NCBI GenBank assembly: GCA_043813075.1 | Contig: JBDRLL010000009.1 | Span: 1 to 35,941, forward strand | Reading direction: 5' to 3' | Origin: Candidatus Altiarchaeota archaeon | GTDB lineage: Archaea; Altiarchaeota; Altiarchaeia; IMC4; SCGC-AAA252-I15 | Length of the DNA: 35,941 bases | In this document: piece after piece, positions 26,854 through 35,941 of the stretch | Numbering within the stretch: the stretch's first letter is position 1 | Layout of the letters: every line of letters starts with the position of its first letter | Notes under the pieces: generated by a model | Seen by the model: only the letters and a program-made list of their open reading frames with translations | What the model was told of the DNA's origin: nothing | Database searches by the model: none | Translations under genes and position numbers: made by a program

Positions 26854-27744
26854 ATGCCTTACGAGCGGCTGAGCATGGAGAAGCTTGGCTTGTTGATGAA
26901 CAAGATTCTCGACCCGCACAGGATGACGTTCAACGAGCGGGTGACTCTTAGCGAGAGCGGACGCGACCCTGATGGCGGTTCACTGGAAAAACTCCATGAG
27001 AGCGCTAATCCTGAGGACATGATCGCCTTCGGGGAGGTTATACAGAAGATCATCAGCACCTTGGAGGCGGAGAAGCCTGAAGGATACGTCAACAGGATAG
27101 GATTATGGTCCATCAGGGGGCTTGAACTCTACAAGTCCCTGTCAGACGAGTTCAACCCCAAGACAGCCATGGACGACCCGGGGACGGCTGCCAGACAGAA
27201 TAGCATTGCAGGGGAGATGGCTCTTAACCTCGGGAAGATAGCTGATTCCACAAAGAGGGTTGACAAGGCATACAATTACTACAACGAAGCATTCAAACAC
27301 TTTAAGAAGTCCGCTGAACAGTACGAGGAGAAAAAGCTCTTCGAGAACGCCTACATAGAGTATGTGAAGGCCTCCAGCATGGTCGATTGGATTATGGAGC
27401 ACATAAGGGAGGATAAGAGGGATGTGGCCATCGTCCAGGCCGCGTCACTGCACGTGTCGGCTGCGAGAAGCGCCTACGCGTACTCCGCCACCCTTACGGG
27501 AGACAGGAGCAAGGCGTTTGACGCTGGCAGGAAGAACATGGAGTCCGCCAGGAAGCATATCAGCGAGCTCTGGAGCATCGGCAGGGCAAACAAGGTGGAT
27601 GAAGTCTATAAGGCTTATGAGAAGGTGAGGCTGGAGTTGATCGACGATCCTGTAGTGCAGAACGAGCTCAGGCTGCTGGAGACGGGGAGGATATTCCTGG
27701 ACAGGCATAGGAACACTGTGGACGACATTAAACCAAGGAAGTGA
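26854..27744 (+). CDS. Hypothetical helical-repeat (TPR/SNAP-like) protein
   Basis: 296-aa ORF with TATAAAA upstream; AYNYYNEAFKHFKKSAEQYEE pattern. Confidence 0.7.
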   Translation: MPYERLSMEKLGLLMNKILDPHRMTFNERVTLSESGRDPDGGSLEKLHESANPEDMIAFGEVIQKIISTLEAEKPEGYVNRIGLWSIRGLELYKSLSDEFNPKTAMDDPGTAARQNSIAGEMALNLGKIADSTKRVDKAYNYYNEAFKHFKKSAEQYEEKKLFENAYIEYVKASSMVDWIMEHIREDKRDVAIVQAASLHVSAARSAYAYSATLTGDRSKAFDAGRKNMESARKHISELWSIGRANKVDEVYKAYEKVRLELIDDPVVQNELRLLETGRIFLDRHRNTVDDIKPRK

Positions 27745-27762
27745 ATATAGTTAAGGGTTATT

Positions 27763-28272
27763 ATGAACAAGCATAGGAGGATTATCAGGGGGGGTGAAGG
27801 GGGGATGGTCTCCCTGGATGAGGAGGTTAAGTCTGTGGAGGGTGAGATTGGCTTGCGTGAGATAATGCTGAAGACGACTGTGGGGGATAGGAGGGAGACG
27901 GTCGGCGACCAGATACCATCCGAGAGGGGGGTGTCCATAAAAGACGAGGTGGACAGCATGTTCGTGGAGAAGCCTCACGAGACCGCTGCCAGAGAATGGG
28001 GCGACCTCGTTAGGGCGACAGTCAGGAAGTGGAGGCACAGGCACAGGTTTGAAAAATGGTTTGAAGGCTATACTGACGAGGAAGTCGCAGCATGGGAGAA
28101 GGAGAAGTACGGGAGGAAGATAACCCATCAGGCAGTGCAACAGTCGGTCGCACACGCTCTCGGAGAATTCGGGAAGCTGGGTAGAGACGAGGAGCATGCG
28201 AGACACATACAGGAAACCATCAAGGCGGTCAGGAGTGATAGGCTTAGGCTTCGGAAGGCTACTCTACGGTGA
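27763..28272 (+). CDS. Hypothetical protein
   Basis: 169-aa charged ORF; start uncertain (alternative ATG at MVSLDEE). Confidence 0.6.
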   Translation: MNKHRRIIRGGEGGMVSLDEEVKSVEGEIGLREIMLKTTVGDRRETVGDQIPSERGVSIKDEVDSMFVEKPHETAAREWGDLVRATVRKWRHRHRFEKWFEGYTDEEVAAWEKEKYGRKITHQAVQQSVAHALGEFGKLGRDEEHARHIQETIKAVRSDRLRLRKATLR

Positions 28273-30031
28273 CACTCTTCGCAAGATTCCTCGGCTTGTC
28301 AGGGTCCAGTCCCTTAAGCACTGACACGTAGTAGGAGAACATGTGTAGTGGCACTATGTTGAGTATAGGCGTGACAACATCCATCGCCTTCGGTATGTTG
28401 ACGTCACAGCCGACTCCGACAGTAATCACGCGAGCGCCGCGCGCCCTAGCCTCCTGTATGTTGGACATCATCTTATCCCTCAACAGGCCGTCGCCGACCA
28501 CAGCGATGACTGTGGTGTCGTCGTCTATAACCGCGAGAGGCCCGTGCTTCAGTTCACCTGCAGCGTATCCTTCAGCATGCAGGTAGGTTATCTCCTTCAG
28601 CTTCAACGCCCCCTCAAGGGCCGTGGAATAATTAATGTTCCTGCCGATGTAGAAGAATTTCCTGACCTCAACACTCTCCTCAGCAAGCTTCCGGGTTTTA
28701 CGGTTATCTATCAGAGACTCTATCTTAACGTCCACAGACTCTAGCTCAGCCAAAGCCTTCTTCAACTCCAGCGAGCTGATTCCACGCCTCTTCCTGGCGA
28801 CATGAAGGCATAGTTTAGTGAGGGAGACCAGCTGGCCGACGTACGCTTTGGTTGATGCGACCGCTATCTCCGGGCCGGAGCGGGTGTATATGACCGCGTC
28901 GGATATCCTTGTTATGCTGGATCCGACGACGTTGACTATCGACGTCACATGAGCCTTCCTGCCCCTAGCCTTCTTTACTGCTGCGAGAGTGTCCGCAGTC
29001 TCCCCCGACTGTGAGACCACTATCAGCGCAGAGTCTTTGCCTAGAGTGTCCGCAGTAGAGTAGCGGAACTCGGACGCCACCACGGCTTCCGCGGGTATGC
29101 CGTATTTCTCGAGCACGTATTTACCTGTCAGGCATGCGTGGTAGGCTGTCCCGCACGCCACAAGGTATATGCGCTTGCTGGAGGCTATGTCAGCTGCCAT
29201 CGCCTTCAGCTCCACGTCATCGAAGTGGAATGCATTCCTCGCGGCAGCAGGCTCCTCGTGTATCTCCTTGAGCATGAAGTGCCTGTACCCTGACTTCTCA
29301 GCCTCCTTGAAGCTCCAGTCTATCCTCACCACCTTCTTATTCTTCCTCCTGCCGGTCTTGAGGTCGTATACAGCGTACCCATCCCTCGTTACCTTACCGT
29401 ACTCGTCATCCTCCAGTATCACAGTGTCCTTAGTGTAGGACATGAATGCGGGCGCGTCAGACGCTATGTAGTTTTCACCGTCACCGAGGCCGATTAGCAG
29501 GGGGCTCTCCCTCCTGGCGACGAATATCACGTCAGGGTCTTCAGACGACAGCAGAGTCAACGCGAAGCTTCCCTCAAGCATCTTCAGCGCATTCCTGAAT
29601 GCATGGAGGAGGTTGCCGTCATACTGCTCCTCAATCAGGTGGGCTATGACTTCAGTGTCCGTCTGCGAGGTGAATTTGTGTCCCCTGAGCTTGAGCTCCT
29701 TCCTCAGGCACTCGTGATTTTCTATTATGCCGTTGTGGCATACGGCGAATCTTCTGGTGCAGTCGGTGTGCGGGTGGGAGTTGACTTTCGATGGCACGCC
29801 GTGGGTCGCCCACCTCGTGTGCCCGACGGCGGTGTGGGATTTTATGGAGGAGGGCTTGACTTTAGCCCGCACTTCATCCACCTTGCCCTTGTCTTTGGGG
29901 GTTTTCACGGTGCCGCCGCTCACGTATGCTATGCCCGCCGAATCGTATCCCCGGTATTCAAGGCATTTCAGCATGCTGAAGATTATCTGGGCTGCTTTCC
30001 CTCCCCCCACGTAGCCTGCTATCCCACACAT
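28259..30031 (-). CDS. glmS: Glutamine--fructose-6-phosphate transaminase
   Basis: MCGI, LEYRGYDSAG, GHTRWATHG, SQSGETADT, ELKHGP, PRNLAKSVTVE. Confidence 0.99.
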   Translation of the reverse strand: MCGIAGYVGGGKAAQIIFSMLKCLEYRGYDSAGIAYVSGGTVKTPKDKGKVDEVRAKVKPSSIKSHTAVGHTRWATHGVPSKVNSHPHTDCTRRFAVCHNGIIENHECLRKELKLRGHKFTSQTDTEVIAHLIEEQYDGNLLHAFRNALKMLEGSFALTLLSSEDPDVIFVARRESPLLIGLGDGENYIASDAPAFMSYTKDTVILEDDEYGKVTRDGYAVYDLKTGRRKNKKVVRIDWSFKEAEKSGYRHFMLKEIHEEPAAARNAFHFDDVELKAMAADIASSKRIYLVACGTAYHACLTGKYVLEKYGIPAEAVVASEFRYSTADTLGKDSALIVVSQSGETADTLAAVKKARGRKAHVTSIVNVVGSSITRISDAVIYTRSGPEIAVASTKAYVGQLVSLTKLCLHVARKRRGISSLELKKALAELESVDVKIESLIDNRKTRKLAEESVEVRKFFYIGRNINYSTALEGALKLKEITYLHAEGYAAGELKHGPLAVIDDDTTVIAVVGDGLLRDKMMSNIQEARARGARVITVGVGCDVNIPKAMDVVTPILNIVPLHMFSYYVSVLKGLDPDKPRNLAKSVTVE

Positions 30032-30096
30032 CTTGTAGTAGACTATATTTTAAGTTTCTCGAATAATAATGAGTACACTAGTTGGGTTGATACTGT

Positions 30097-31149
30097 ATGA
30101 ACAAGAAGTATACGGGTGGTTGGACCGCCCTGGTGACGCCCTTTGAGAAGGATTATAGCGTCGACTGGGAGCGTCTAGAACACAATGTCGGATTCCAGAT
30201 GGAGGAGGGGCTTACTGGAGTGCTCCCGATGGGCACTACAGGGGAGTCGGCTACGGTAACGCACGAAGAGCACTCCAAGATAATCGAAAGGGTTAACGAA
30301 TACGCGGACGGCAATGCGCTCGTGCTCGCGGGCACCGGCTCGAACAGCACCGACGAAGCGGTATATGAGACAAGGAAGGCGGTGGACTGCGGGGTGGACG
30401 CGTGCCTCCTTGTGGACTGCTACTACAACAAGCCGTCTTCAATGGAGTTGAGGAGAGAGTACTACAACATAGTGCTCGGCGAGTTCCCTGACATGGACTT
30501 CATATCCTACGCAATACCAGGCAGGAGCGTGACAGTGCTGACGCCAGAGGACATGGCCATACTGAGGGGCGAGCACCCGAACCTTGTTGCAGTGAAGGAG
30601 GCTACCGGAGACTTCGAGAGGATGAGGAGGACCAGGAGCGTGACAGACGACGACTTCAACATAATCTCCGGAGACGACCCCAACACGTTCACCATGATGA
30701 CCGACAACCAGATAAGCGCGTCAGGAGTCATCTCAGTCATATCCAACATAACCCCAGGCCCTGTGGAAGAGTACACGCGCATGATACTCGACGGTAAAAT
30801 GGGTGAGGCCAGGAAGATTGACGAAGCCCTCGCGCCCCTATTCAACGTGGTCGGCGTCACCACAAAGGAGAAGCTCACTCTGCCGGACGGGAGTTCCGCT
30901 GAGGTGACGCAGAAGGTGCCTAACCCAGTACCAGTCAAAACCATGATGAATGGGCTCGGCATGATAGAGAACCTCTGCAAGCGGCCGATGGGCAGGCTCA
31001 GCAGGCAGGGCGTTGGGATGGTGAGGAAGGCTCTGCAGGATGTGTGGGGGAATTACCCGCATGCGCTGGAGCCGGTTGAAAAATACTATGACGTGAGCGT
31101 GGCTGAAAGGCTTGGAGACGACAAAATCTGGGATTCCCTCAGCTACTGA
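30097..31149 (+). CDS. dapA: 4-hydroxy-tetrahydrodipicolinate synthase
   Basis: TALVTPF, GTTGES, AGTGSNST, YYNKPS, Y.IPGRS, VKEA, SGDD, NPVPVK. Confidence 0.92.
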   Translation: MNKKYTGGWTALVTPFEKDYSVDWERLEHNVGFQMEEGLTGVLPMGTTGESATVTHEEHSKIIERVNEYADGNALVLAGTGSNSTDEAVYETRKAVDCGVDACLLVDCYYNKPSSMELRREYYNIVLGEFPDMDFISYAIPGRSVTVLTPEDMAILRGEHPNLVAVKEATGDFERMRRTRSVTDDDFNIISGDDPNTFTMMTDNQISASGVISVISNITPGPVEEYTRMILDGKMGEARKIDEALAPLFNVVGVTTKEKLTLPDGSSAEVTQKVPNPVPVKTMMNGLGMIENLCKRPMGRLSRQGVGMVRKALQDVWGNYPHALEPVEKYYDVSVAERLGDDKIWDSLSY

Positions 31150-32273
31150 ACGCGCTGAATATCTTTTCTGGAGAGCAGTACCGTGTCTCCGACGGGACCG
31201 CCCTGCTCGATAGCCCCGTTACCGCTCGCACGGGCGGCGTGTATGTAGTATGCAGAGAATGCTTCAGCTATCCTGTCGCGGCCTACACGCTCATCCGGGG
31301 CTAGACTCTTTTTCCTGGCTGCTTCTCCGTCAGTCTTCACGTCGACCACCACCCTGCTCCTCAAAGGGTCCCTGCCGGCAGCCTTAGCGGCGCCCATCGC
31401 AGCCACTAGGGCGGCTGTCTTATCCTCCTGAGGCCGCATGAATTCCCTGCCATCGAGGGTCAGGTCCATTACCGAGTCTAGGGATTCGTATGCTCCGTCA
31501 CGATCACCTTTATACGTATCCCATGATGAGAATCCTTTATGCGGACGGTCGCTTTTACTGAACTTGCGGTCACCAGGCTCGAATACTATGCTGTCTTCAG
31601 GCCGGTAGTTGACGCTGTATTTAGAATCCCTGTGGTCTTCATAAGACTCTAGGCGGCGGTGGTCTGGGCTTGCTGTTTTTAGTATGGGCCCGACGTGCAC
31701 GCGCATACCGTCCAACGGGAGTTCGTATAATGTCTCTGGATCGAACTTGCTGTTGTATTCAGGCGGCTCGTGCGCGACAAGCACTACAGGCCGTTTTCCG
31801 ACCACATCATCGACCTTGACGCCACCGTCATTGTGTGGGGATGGGAGTGGCGTGAGCTGCATCAGGCGTTTTGCATCTGACTTGACGAGGTTCCCGGGGC
31901 CCATGTCAAAGTCCTTGTCAGCGAAGCCCGCGAAGACGCCGCAGTATAGTGGAGTGTATGTTTTCCTGTCGAGGACGAGCGCCCTAGGCATCTTCTTTCC
32001 GGCTGGCTCGCCCTTCTTGTCCCAAGTCATCTTGCCGGTGTCAACGAGAATGACTTCGCCCTCGGGGCCACCGCATTTTATGAGATAATACCTGGACTGG
32101 GCTTCATGACTCCATTCTCTGATGTGTTCCGTTAGCGCTCCGACAGCACGCTGGTTCTCCTCGCGAGACCACTGGAGGAAGCCTTTAGCCCCCTGTTGAG
32201 CCAGGTCTTCAGGCTGTGGGACGAAGAATTTATCCTTCCTCGCCGCCGGGTCTAATGTCGCTGATTTAGCCAT
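31143..32273 (-). CDS. Hypothetical protein (orphan, alpha/beta character)
   Basis: 376-aa ORF with an AT-rich upstream region; no motif recognised. Confidence 0.7.
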   Translation of the reverse strand: MAKSATLDPAARKDKFFVPQPEDLAQQGAKGFLQWSREENQRAVGALTEHIREWSHEAQSRYYLIKCGGPEGEVILVDTGKMTWDKKGEPAGKKMPRALVLDRKTYTPLYCGVFAGFADKDFDMGPGNLVKSDAKRLMQLTPLPSPHNDGGVKVDDVVGKRPVVLVAHEPPEYNSKFDPETLYELPLDGMRVHVGPILKTASPDHRRLESYEDHRDSKYSVNYRPEDSIVFEPGDRKFSKSDRPHKGFSSWDTYKGDRDGAYESLDSVMDLTLDGREFMRPQEDKTAALVAAMGAAKAAGRDPLRSRVVVDVKTDGEAARKKSLAPDERVGRDRIAEAFSAYYIHAARASGNGAIEQGGPVGDTVLLSRKDIQRVQ

Positions 32274-32333
32274 TTTTCACGCTCAAAAGCTATTATAGTA
32301 TAAATTTGGGGATTATTAGATATTAAAGTTATT

Positions 32334-33308
32334 TCACTTGTCCCCGTATCCCAGGCCCCGCATGTGGTCGGGGAATCTGCTGGGCTCCTTGAGGAACACG
32401 TCTAACGCCGCCACAGCCTTAGCATATTCATCGCCCTTGGAGGCGTCTGCGATACCTGCCTGCCCGAATTCTCCAGCACGCATCCTCTTGGTCAGGTCTG
32501 CGTCGCCGACGCCGAACAAACCAAGTATCCTACCCACCCGCTCATTGTCCACTTTAGTTAGGCCGACGCCCATGCGTGGTTCCGCATACTGGATCCACCG
32601 GTGCACTGGCAGGGTACCGTGGGCAGAGTTCTGGAATTCCTGTTGGGTGTCTGTTGTGGCTGGGATTAGCTGGGCGTCAAGCCGCTCGTTGTATTCGAGT
32701 TCGCCTAGAGTGGACGCTACACGCATCATACGATACATGAACATTGTGGTGGGCGATACTTTCTCTTCGGAGCGTTTCCCGTATGCGGACAGCATTGAGT
32801 CGTACAGCACGCGGCACGCCCTCTCCCAGCCCGGCGCCTCCATGGGTGCTCCCGCCTGGGAGGCTGAAGCCTGTTCAGGGTAGACAAGGGACTGCAGACT
32901 CCTGAATGAGGCATAGTACCTGCCGCGCAATCCCTTTTCCGCATAGTCTGCCGGCCAGTGACTCCTATCTCTTGAAACCACGTTCAGCATGTCCTCAACC
33001 ACTTCCCCCGCGTTTGGCTGAGCCATCACACGTAGGAAGGCTGTGTACTCGCCCACACTCAAGTCAGCTGGAGTTAATGCCCTTGAGCTTACGATGAGGT
33101 GATGGACGTTGCTGGCAGCCCGGTCTCCGACTTCAGGCTGCGTTAGTGCGGCAGTCGACTTTATTATCCTAGCGTACCTCTGGCCTTCAATACGCCCTCC
33201 TGAAAGCCATTGGTCCACGTCACGCTTCAGTTGCTCGGGGGTAATAGTCCTCCGCATGTTGCCTGCCTGGCCTGCTGACTCTTGAAGACCGCCTGTCTCA
33301 GAAATCAT
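32334..33308 (-). CDS. Hypothetical protein, paralogue of 33352-34275
   Basis: Collinear shared motifs across the whole length (see findings). Confidence 0.82.
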   Translation of the reverse strand: MISETGGLQESAGQAGNMRRTITPEQLKRDVDQWLSGGRIEGQRYARIIKSTAALTQPEVGDRAASNVHHLIVSSRALTPADLSVGEYTAFLRVMAQPNAGEVVEDMLNVVSRDRSHWPADYAEKGLRGRYYASFRSLQSLVYPEQASASQAGAPMEAPGWERACRVLYDSMLSAYGKRSEEKVSPTTMFMYRMMRVASTLGELEYNERLDAQLIPATTDTQQEFQNSAHGTLPVHRWIQYAEPRMGVGLTKVDNERVGRILGLFGVGDADLTKRMRAGEFGQAGIADASKGDEYAKAVAALDVFLKEPSRFPDHMRGLGYGDK

Positions 33309-33351
33309 CTTAAAGTACCATATTTTAGGCCATATTGCCTTAAAAGAGGCT

Positions 33352-34275
33352 TTACCGGATGAATCTGCCCATGTTCTGCGGGAAGCCTGCGGGGTCCTTC
33401 AGGTAGGCGTCCAACCCCCTTATAGAGTCAGAGTAATTCCTGGCGACCACCAGATTCTGCTTCAAGTCATCTCGGAGGCTGAGGCCTTGACCGGCGAGTA
33501 CTGCCTCCAGGTGGTTTCCTTCACTCTCCCTCTTAAGGAACTTGCGTATGTCTGGCGCGTTCAAGTCAGGGTCCGTTAGCCCGAATCCCATGCGGGCCTC
33601 GCAGAAGTCGACCCACGAGTCTTCACTCACATATCCCTTGGATGTCTGGGTGAAGTCCATGCCGCACATCATGCTGGCTGACCGGAGCATACGGTACTGG
33701 AGCATCCACTGGGAATCCAGAGCAGTGCTCCTCCGGGCTTCGTATGTTTCAGCCATCAGCTTGTAGTCCCTCCGGACACGCTCCTCCCACTCGGGCATAG
33801 CCTCCTGCGGCCGTTCGCCGGCCAGTGAAACAGGCGGCCGGGATGCGCACGCGAACGCCTGTAGTTCGTTGAATGACCTCGTGAATCTGGCGCGCAGCCC
33901 CCGCTCCGTAAATTGAGGTCCGAAGTTCTCTTCCTGCGACGGCAGTGAGTTGAGTACTCTGCCCACGAAGTTTTCCGCGTTCGGCTTGGACATGGTGTCA
34001 AGGAATACTGCCAGTGTCCTGTCGTTCAGCTGCCCCCTCGTCTTAGGGTCGTAGTTCGTCAGGATGCTTGCCAGCTGGTTCTCTGACGCGCTGGGGTTTC
34101 TGGAGGCTTCTGCAACAGCCAGTACCAGTCTAGCGCGCCTCATGCCGTCTATGGAGCCGCCGTCAAGCCACCGCCCCAACTCTTCCCGCAACTCGGTGAC
34201 AGAGACCGTCTTCCTCATCCGTATGGCGCTCTCATCGTCTGCGCCAATGGTCCTGCCTCCGCCCTGACTGCCCAT
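33352..34275 (-). CDS. Hypothetical protein, paralogue of 32334-33308
   Basis: Collinear shared motifs across the whole length. Confidence 0.82.
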   Translation of the reverse strand: MGSQGGGRTIGADDESAIRMRKTVSVTELREELGRWLDGGSIDGMRRARLVLAVAEASRNPSASENQLASILTNYDPKTRGQLNDRTLAVFLDTMSKPNAENFVGRVLNSLPSQEENFGPQFTERGLRARFTRSFNELQAFACASRPPVSLAGERPQEAMPEWEERVRRDYKLMAETYEARRSTALDSQWMLQYRMLRSASMMCGMDFTQTSKGYVSEDSWVDFCEARMGFGLTDPDLNAPDIRKFLKRESEGNHLEAVLAGQGLSLRDDLKQNLVVARNYSDSIRGLDAYLKDPAGFPQNMGRFIR

Positions 34276-34313
34276 TATAGGATATTTTAGGAATCATTGG
34301 GTAATTAAGGGTT

Positions 34314-34886
34314 ATGGGAAATCTCGTGTTAGTGCCTGTGGGGAGTAGGGAACAGCACGGCCCCCACCTGCCTTTGGATACTGACACCATAATAGCTGAG
34401 GCGGTGGCTGGGAGGGTCGCAGGAGGACTAAAAGCAGTGTTAGGCACTACAATCCGTGTTGGCCTCTCTCCAGAGCACATGGACTTCCAGGGCACTGAAA
34501 CCCTCAGTGAAGAGGAGTTCAAGGCGGAGGTAAGGAAGGCTGTCGGCGAGTACGGTGACGTCGTGTTCATAAACGGGCATGGAGGAAACAACCGAACATT
34601 ACGTGAGATGGGCGTGAAGCACGTGAACCTTACGACGCTATTCAAGCCATACGACCATGCCGGCGAGATAGAGACCAGCCTGATTATGCACCTTCGCCCA
34701 GGACTTGTGAAGACCAGTGACATAAGGAAGCATGACTTCAAGTGGCCTGACAGGGAGGGGTGGCGGATGAAAGACTATTCAAGAACAGGGGTTCTGGGGG
34801 ACCCCACCAAGGCGACGGCAGAGAAGGGTGAGGGATACCTCCGGCAACTGGTGGAGGGCACTATAATAAAGATGAGAGAGGAATAG
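34314..34886 (+). CDS. Creatininase/ArfB family amidohydrolase
   Basis: PVGSREQHGPHLPLDTD, SPEH..F.GT, NGHGGN, DHAGEIETS, GVLGDPT. Confidence 0.9.
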   Translation: MGNLVLVPVGSREQHGPHLPLDTDTIIAEAVAGRVAGGLKAVLGTTIRVGLSPEHMDFQGTETLSEEEFKAEVRKAVGEYGDVVFINGHGGNNRTLREMGVKHVNLTTLFKPYDHAGEIETSLIMHLRPGLVKTSDIRKHDFKWPDREGWRMKDYSRTGVLGDPTKATAEKGEGYLRQLVEGTIIKMREE

Positions 34887-34887
34887 T

Positions 34888-35220
34888 TTACCCTGTCTTT
34901 CTCTGAGACGGGTGCAACATCTCCTTGACTTCAGCGTACCTGCTTAGTTTCCTTGCCAACTCAGGGTCTCTCTTCGCCTGAATGTTTAAGCCATCAAGGG
35001 TTAAACGCTCAAGATTTTCGCCAACATCACGAAGCTTTTCATCAAGTTCCTTTGGAATGCCAGTATGGCTCAAGAAAAAACCCTCAATCATGTTTTTAGG
35101 CTGTGACCTGGGCTCCATAACCTCGGGCAGTCCGAGATCCTTCCTCAACCTGAGGAACTCACGCTGTAATTCCTGCCTCTGATCCCCACTTAATTGTCCT
35201 ACTGAAGCCATTAACATCAC
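34888..35220 (-). CDS. Small hypothetical protein overlapping the nac stop codon
   Basis: 110-aa ORF whose start overlaps the nac TGA (GTGATG). Confidence 0.6.
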   Translation of the reverse strand: MMLMASVGQLSGDQRQELQREFLRLRKDLGLPEVMEPRSQPKNMIEGFFLSHTGIPKELDEKLRDVGENLERLTLDGLNIQAKRDPELARKLSRYAEVKEMLHPSQRKTG

Positions 35221-35558
35221 TTCTTCAAGTCCATTATCGCCTGCGCTATGTCGCCTTCAGCAGCCTCCAGCGCGGCCTTCGCCTTGGACTCCTGCACCCC
35301 AGCCTGCTGTGCGACCATCTTCACGTCCTCAGCGTCTATTGATACCTTAACCTCGCCCTCTTCCTCGCGGACGTCGCCGGACACCTGGAACATGTCCTGG
35401 CCTTGCACGACGGTCCTAACGACCTGCGGGTTATCCACTATGATGTCCTTGTCCACGCAACGTATGATGACCTGCTCGGCATCCATCTCCTCCATCTGGA
35501 TGCCCATCCTCTTCATCATCTTCTTCATCTGCTTGGGGTTCATGCCTGCCGGAATCAT
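35217..35558 (-). CDS. nac: Archaeal nascent polypeptide-associated complex protein
   Basis: MNPKQMKKMMKRMGI, EQVII, FQVSG, UBA-like DVKMVAQQAGV...GDIAQAIM. Confidence 0.96.
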   Translation of the reverse strand: MIPAGMNPKQMKKMMKRMGIQMEEMDAEQVIIRCVDKDIIVDNPQVVRTVVQGQDMFQVSGDVREEEGEVKVSIDAEDVKMVAQQAGVQESKAKAALEAAEGDIAQAIMDLKK

Positions 35559-35602
35559 TTTGTAAGTAATATGTTGTGACGCTTTAAAATATAATACTTG
35601 AG

Positions 35603-35941
35603 ATGAGGACCTTTATCGCATTGCCGTTAAGCATTGAGACTATTGAATCTCTCGCCAGGGTTGGAAGAGTATTATCTTCCTGTGGGGGGATGAAACTGGT
35701 GGAGCCTGAAAACATGCATGTTACCCTGAAATTCCTTGGGGAAGTCGGCGAGGATGATGTAGAGGGGATAATCGAGGGATTATGGTTCATCTCTGGCCAG
35801 AAATCGTTTAAGATTCAGGTGAAAGGTCTGGGAGTTTTTCCGAATATGGAGAACGTTAAAATCGTGTGGGCGGGCGTGAGCGAAGGTGAAGACCAGGTGA
35901 TGAAGCTTCAGGCATTGATAGAAAAACAATTAGCGGAATTA
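35603..35941 (+). CDS. thpR: RNA 2',3'-cyclic phosphodiesterase (2H family, LigT/ThpR), runs off the window end
   Basis: MRTFIA...VEPENMHVTLKFLGEV (HxT), GLGVFP, VWAGV; not in the ORF track because it has no stop in the window. Confidence 0.93.
   Translation, partial: MRTFIALPLSIETIESLARVGRVLSSCGGMKLVEPENMHVTLKFLGEVGEDDVEGIIEGLWFISGQKSFKIQVKGLGVFPNMENVKIVWAGVSEGEDQVMKLQALIEKQLAEL

Overview
Gene-dense archaeal chromosome segment. Archaeal markers include Orc1/Cdc6, FEN1, Taw3, L7Ae, S28e, L24e, S19e, aNAC, Pth2 and DHQ synthase II. A DPANN-adjacent lineage such as Altiarchaeota is my tentative inference only. Most of the window is housekeeping: replication/repair, tRNA/RNA processing (taw3, rtcB, thpR), translation, aromatic/lysine/hexosamine metabolism and GT-C-type glycosylation. 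About nine genes I cannot assign are interleaved. The best candidate for an undescribed system is 13270-17847, directly after rtcB. It is a tandemly duplicated, tightly packed cassette: two small acidic modules (consensus about MDIDxIxSLxxLEVx[IF]xV..[DG]G..[RK]xLxWxE[YF]) precede a large helical TPR-like protein. The small modules are fused in copy 1 and split in copy 2, and one is a 44-aa ORF missing from the ORF track. The second large protein adds a Pro/Thr linker and about 520 extra residues. Other notable structure: an exact 63-bp duplication of the aroB' 3' end around a GNA-triloop hairpin, a K-loop-like leader upstream of rpl7ae, and a second tandem pair of orphan paralogues (32334-34275). 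I saw no tRNA/rRNA, CRISPR array, transposase or integrase. All calls come from reading motifs by eye; no searches were run.
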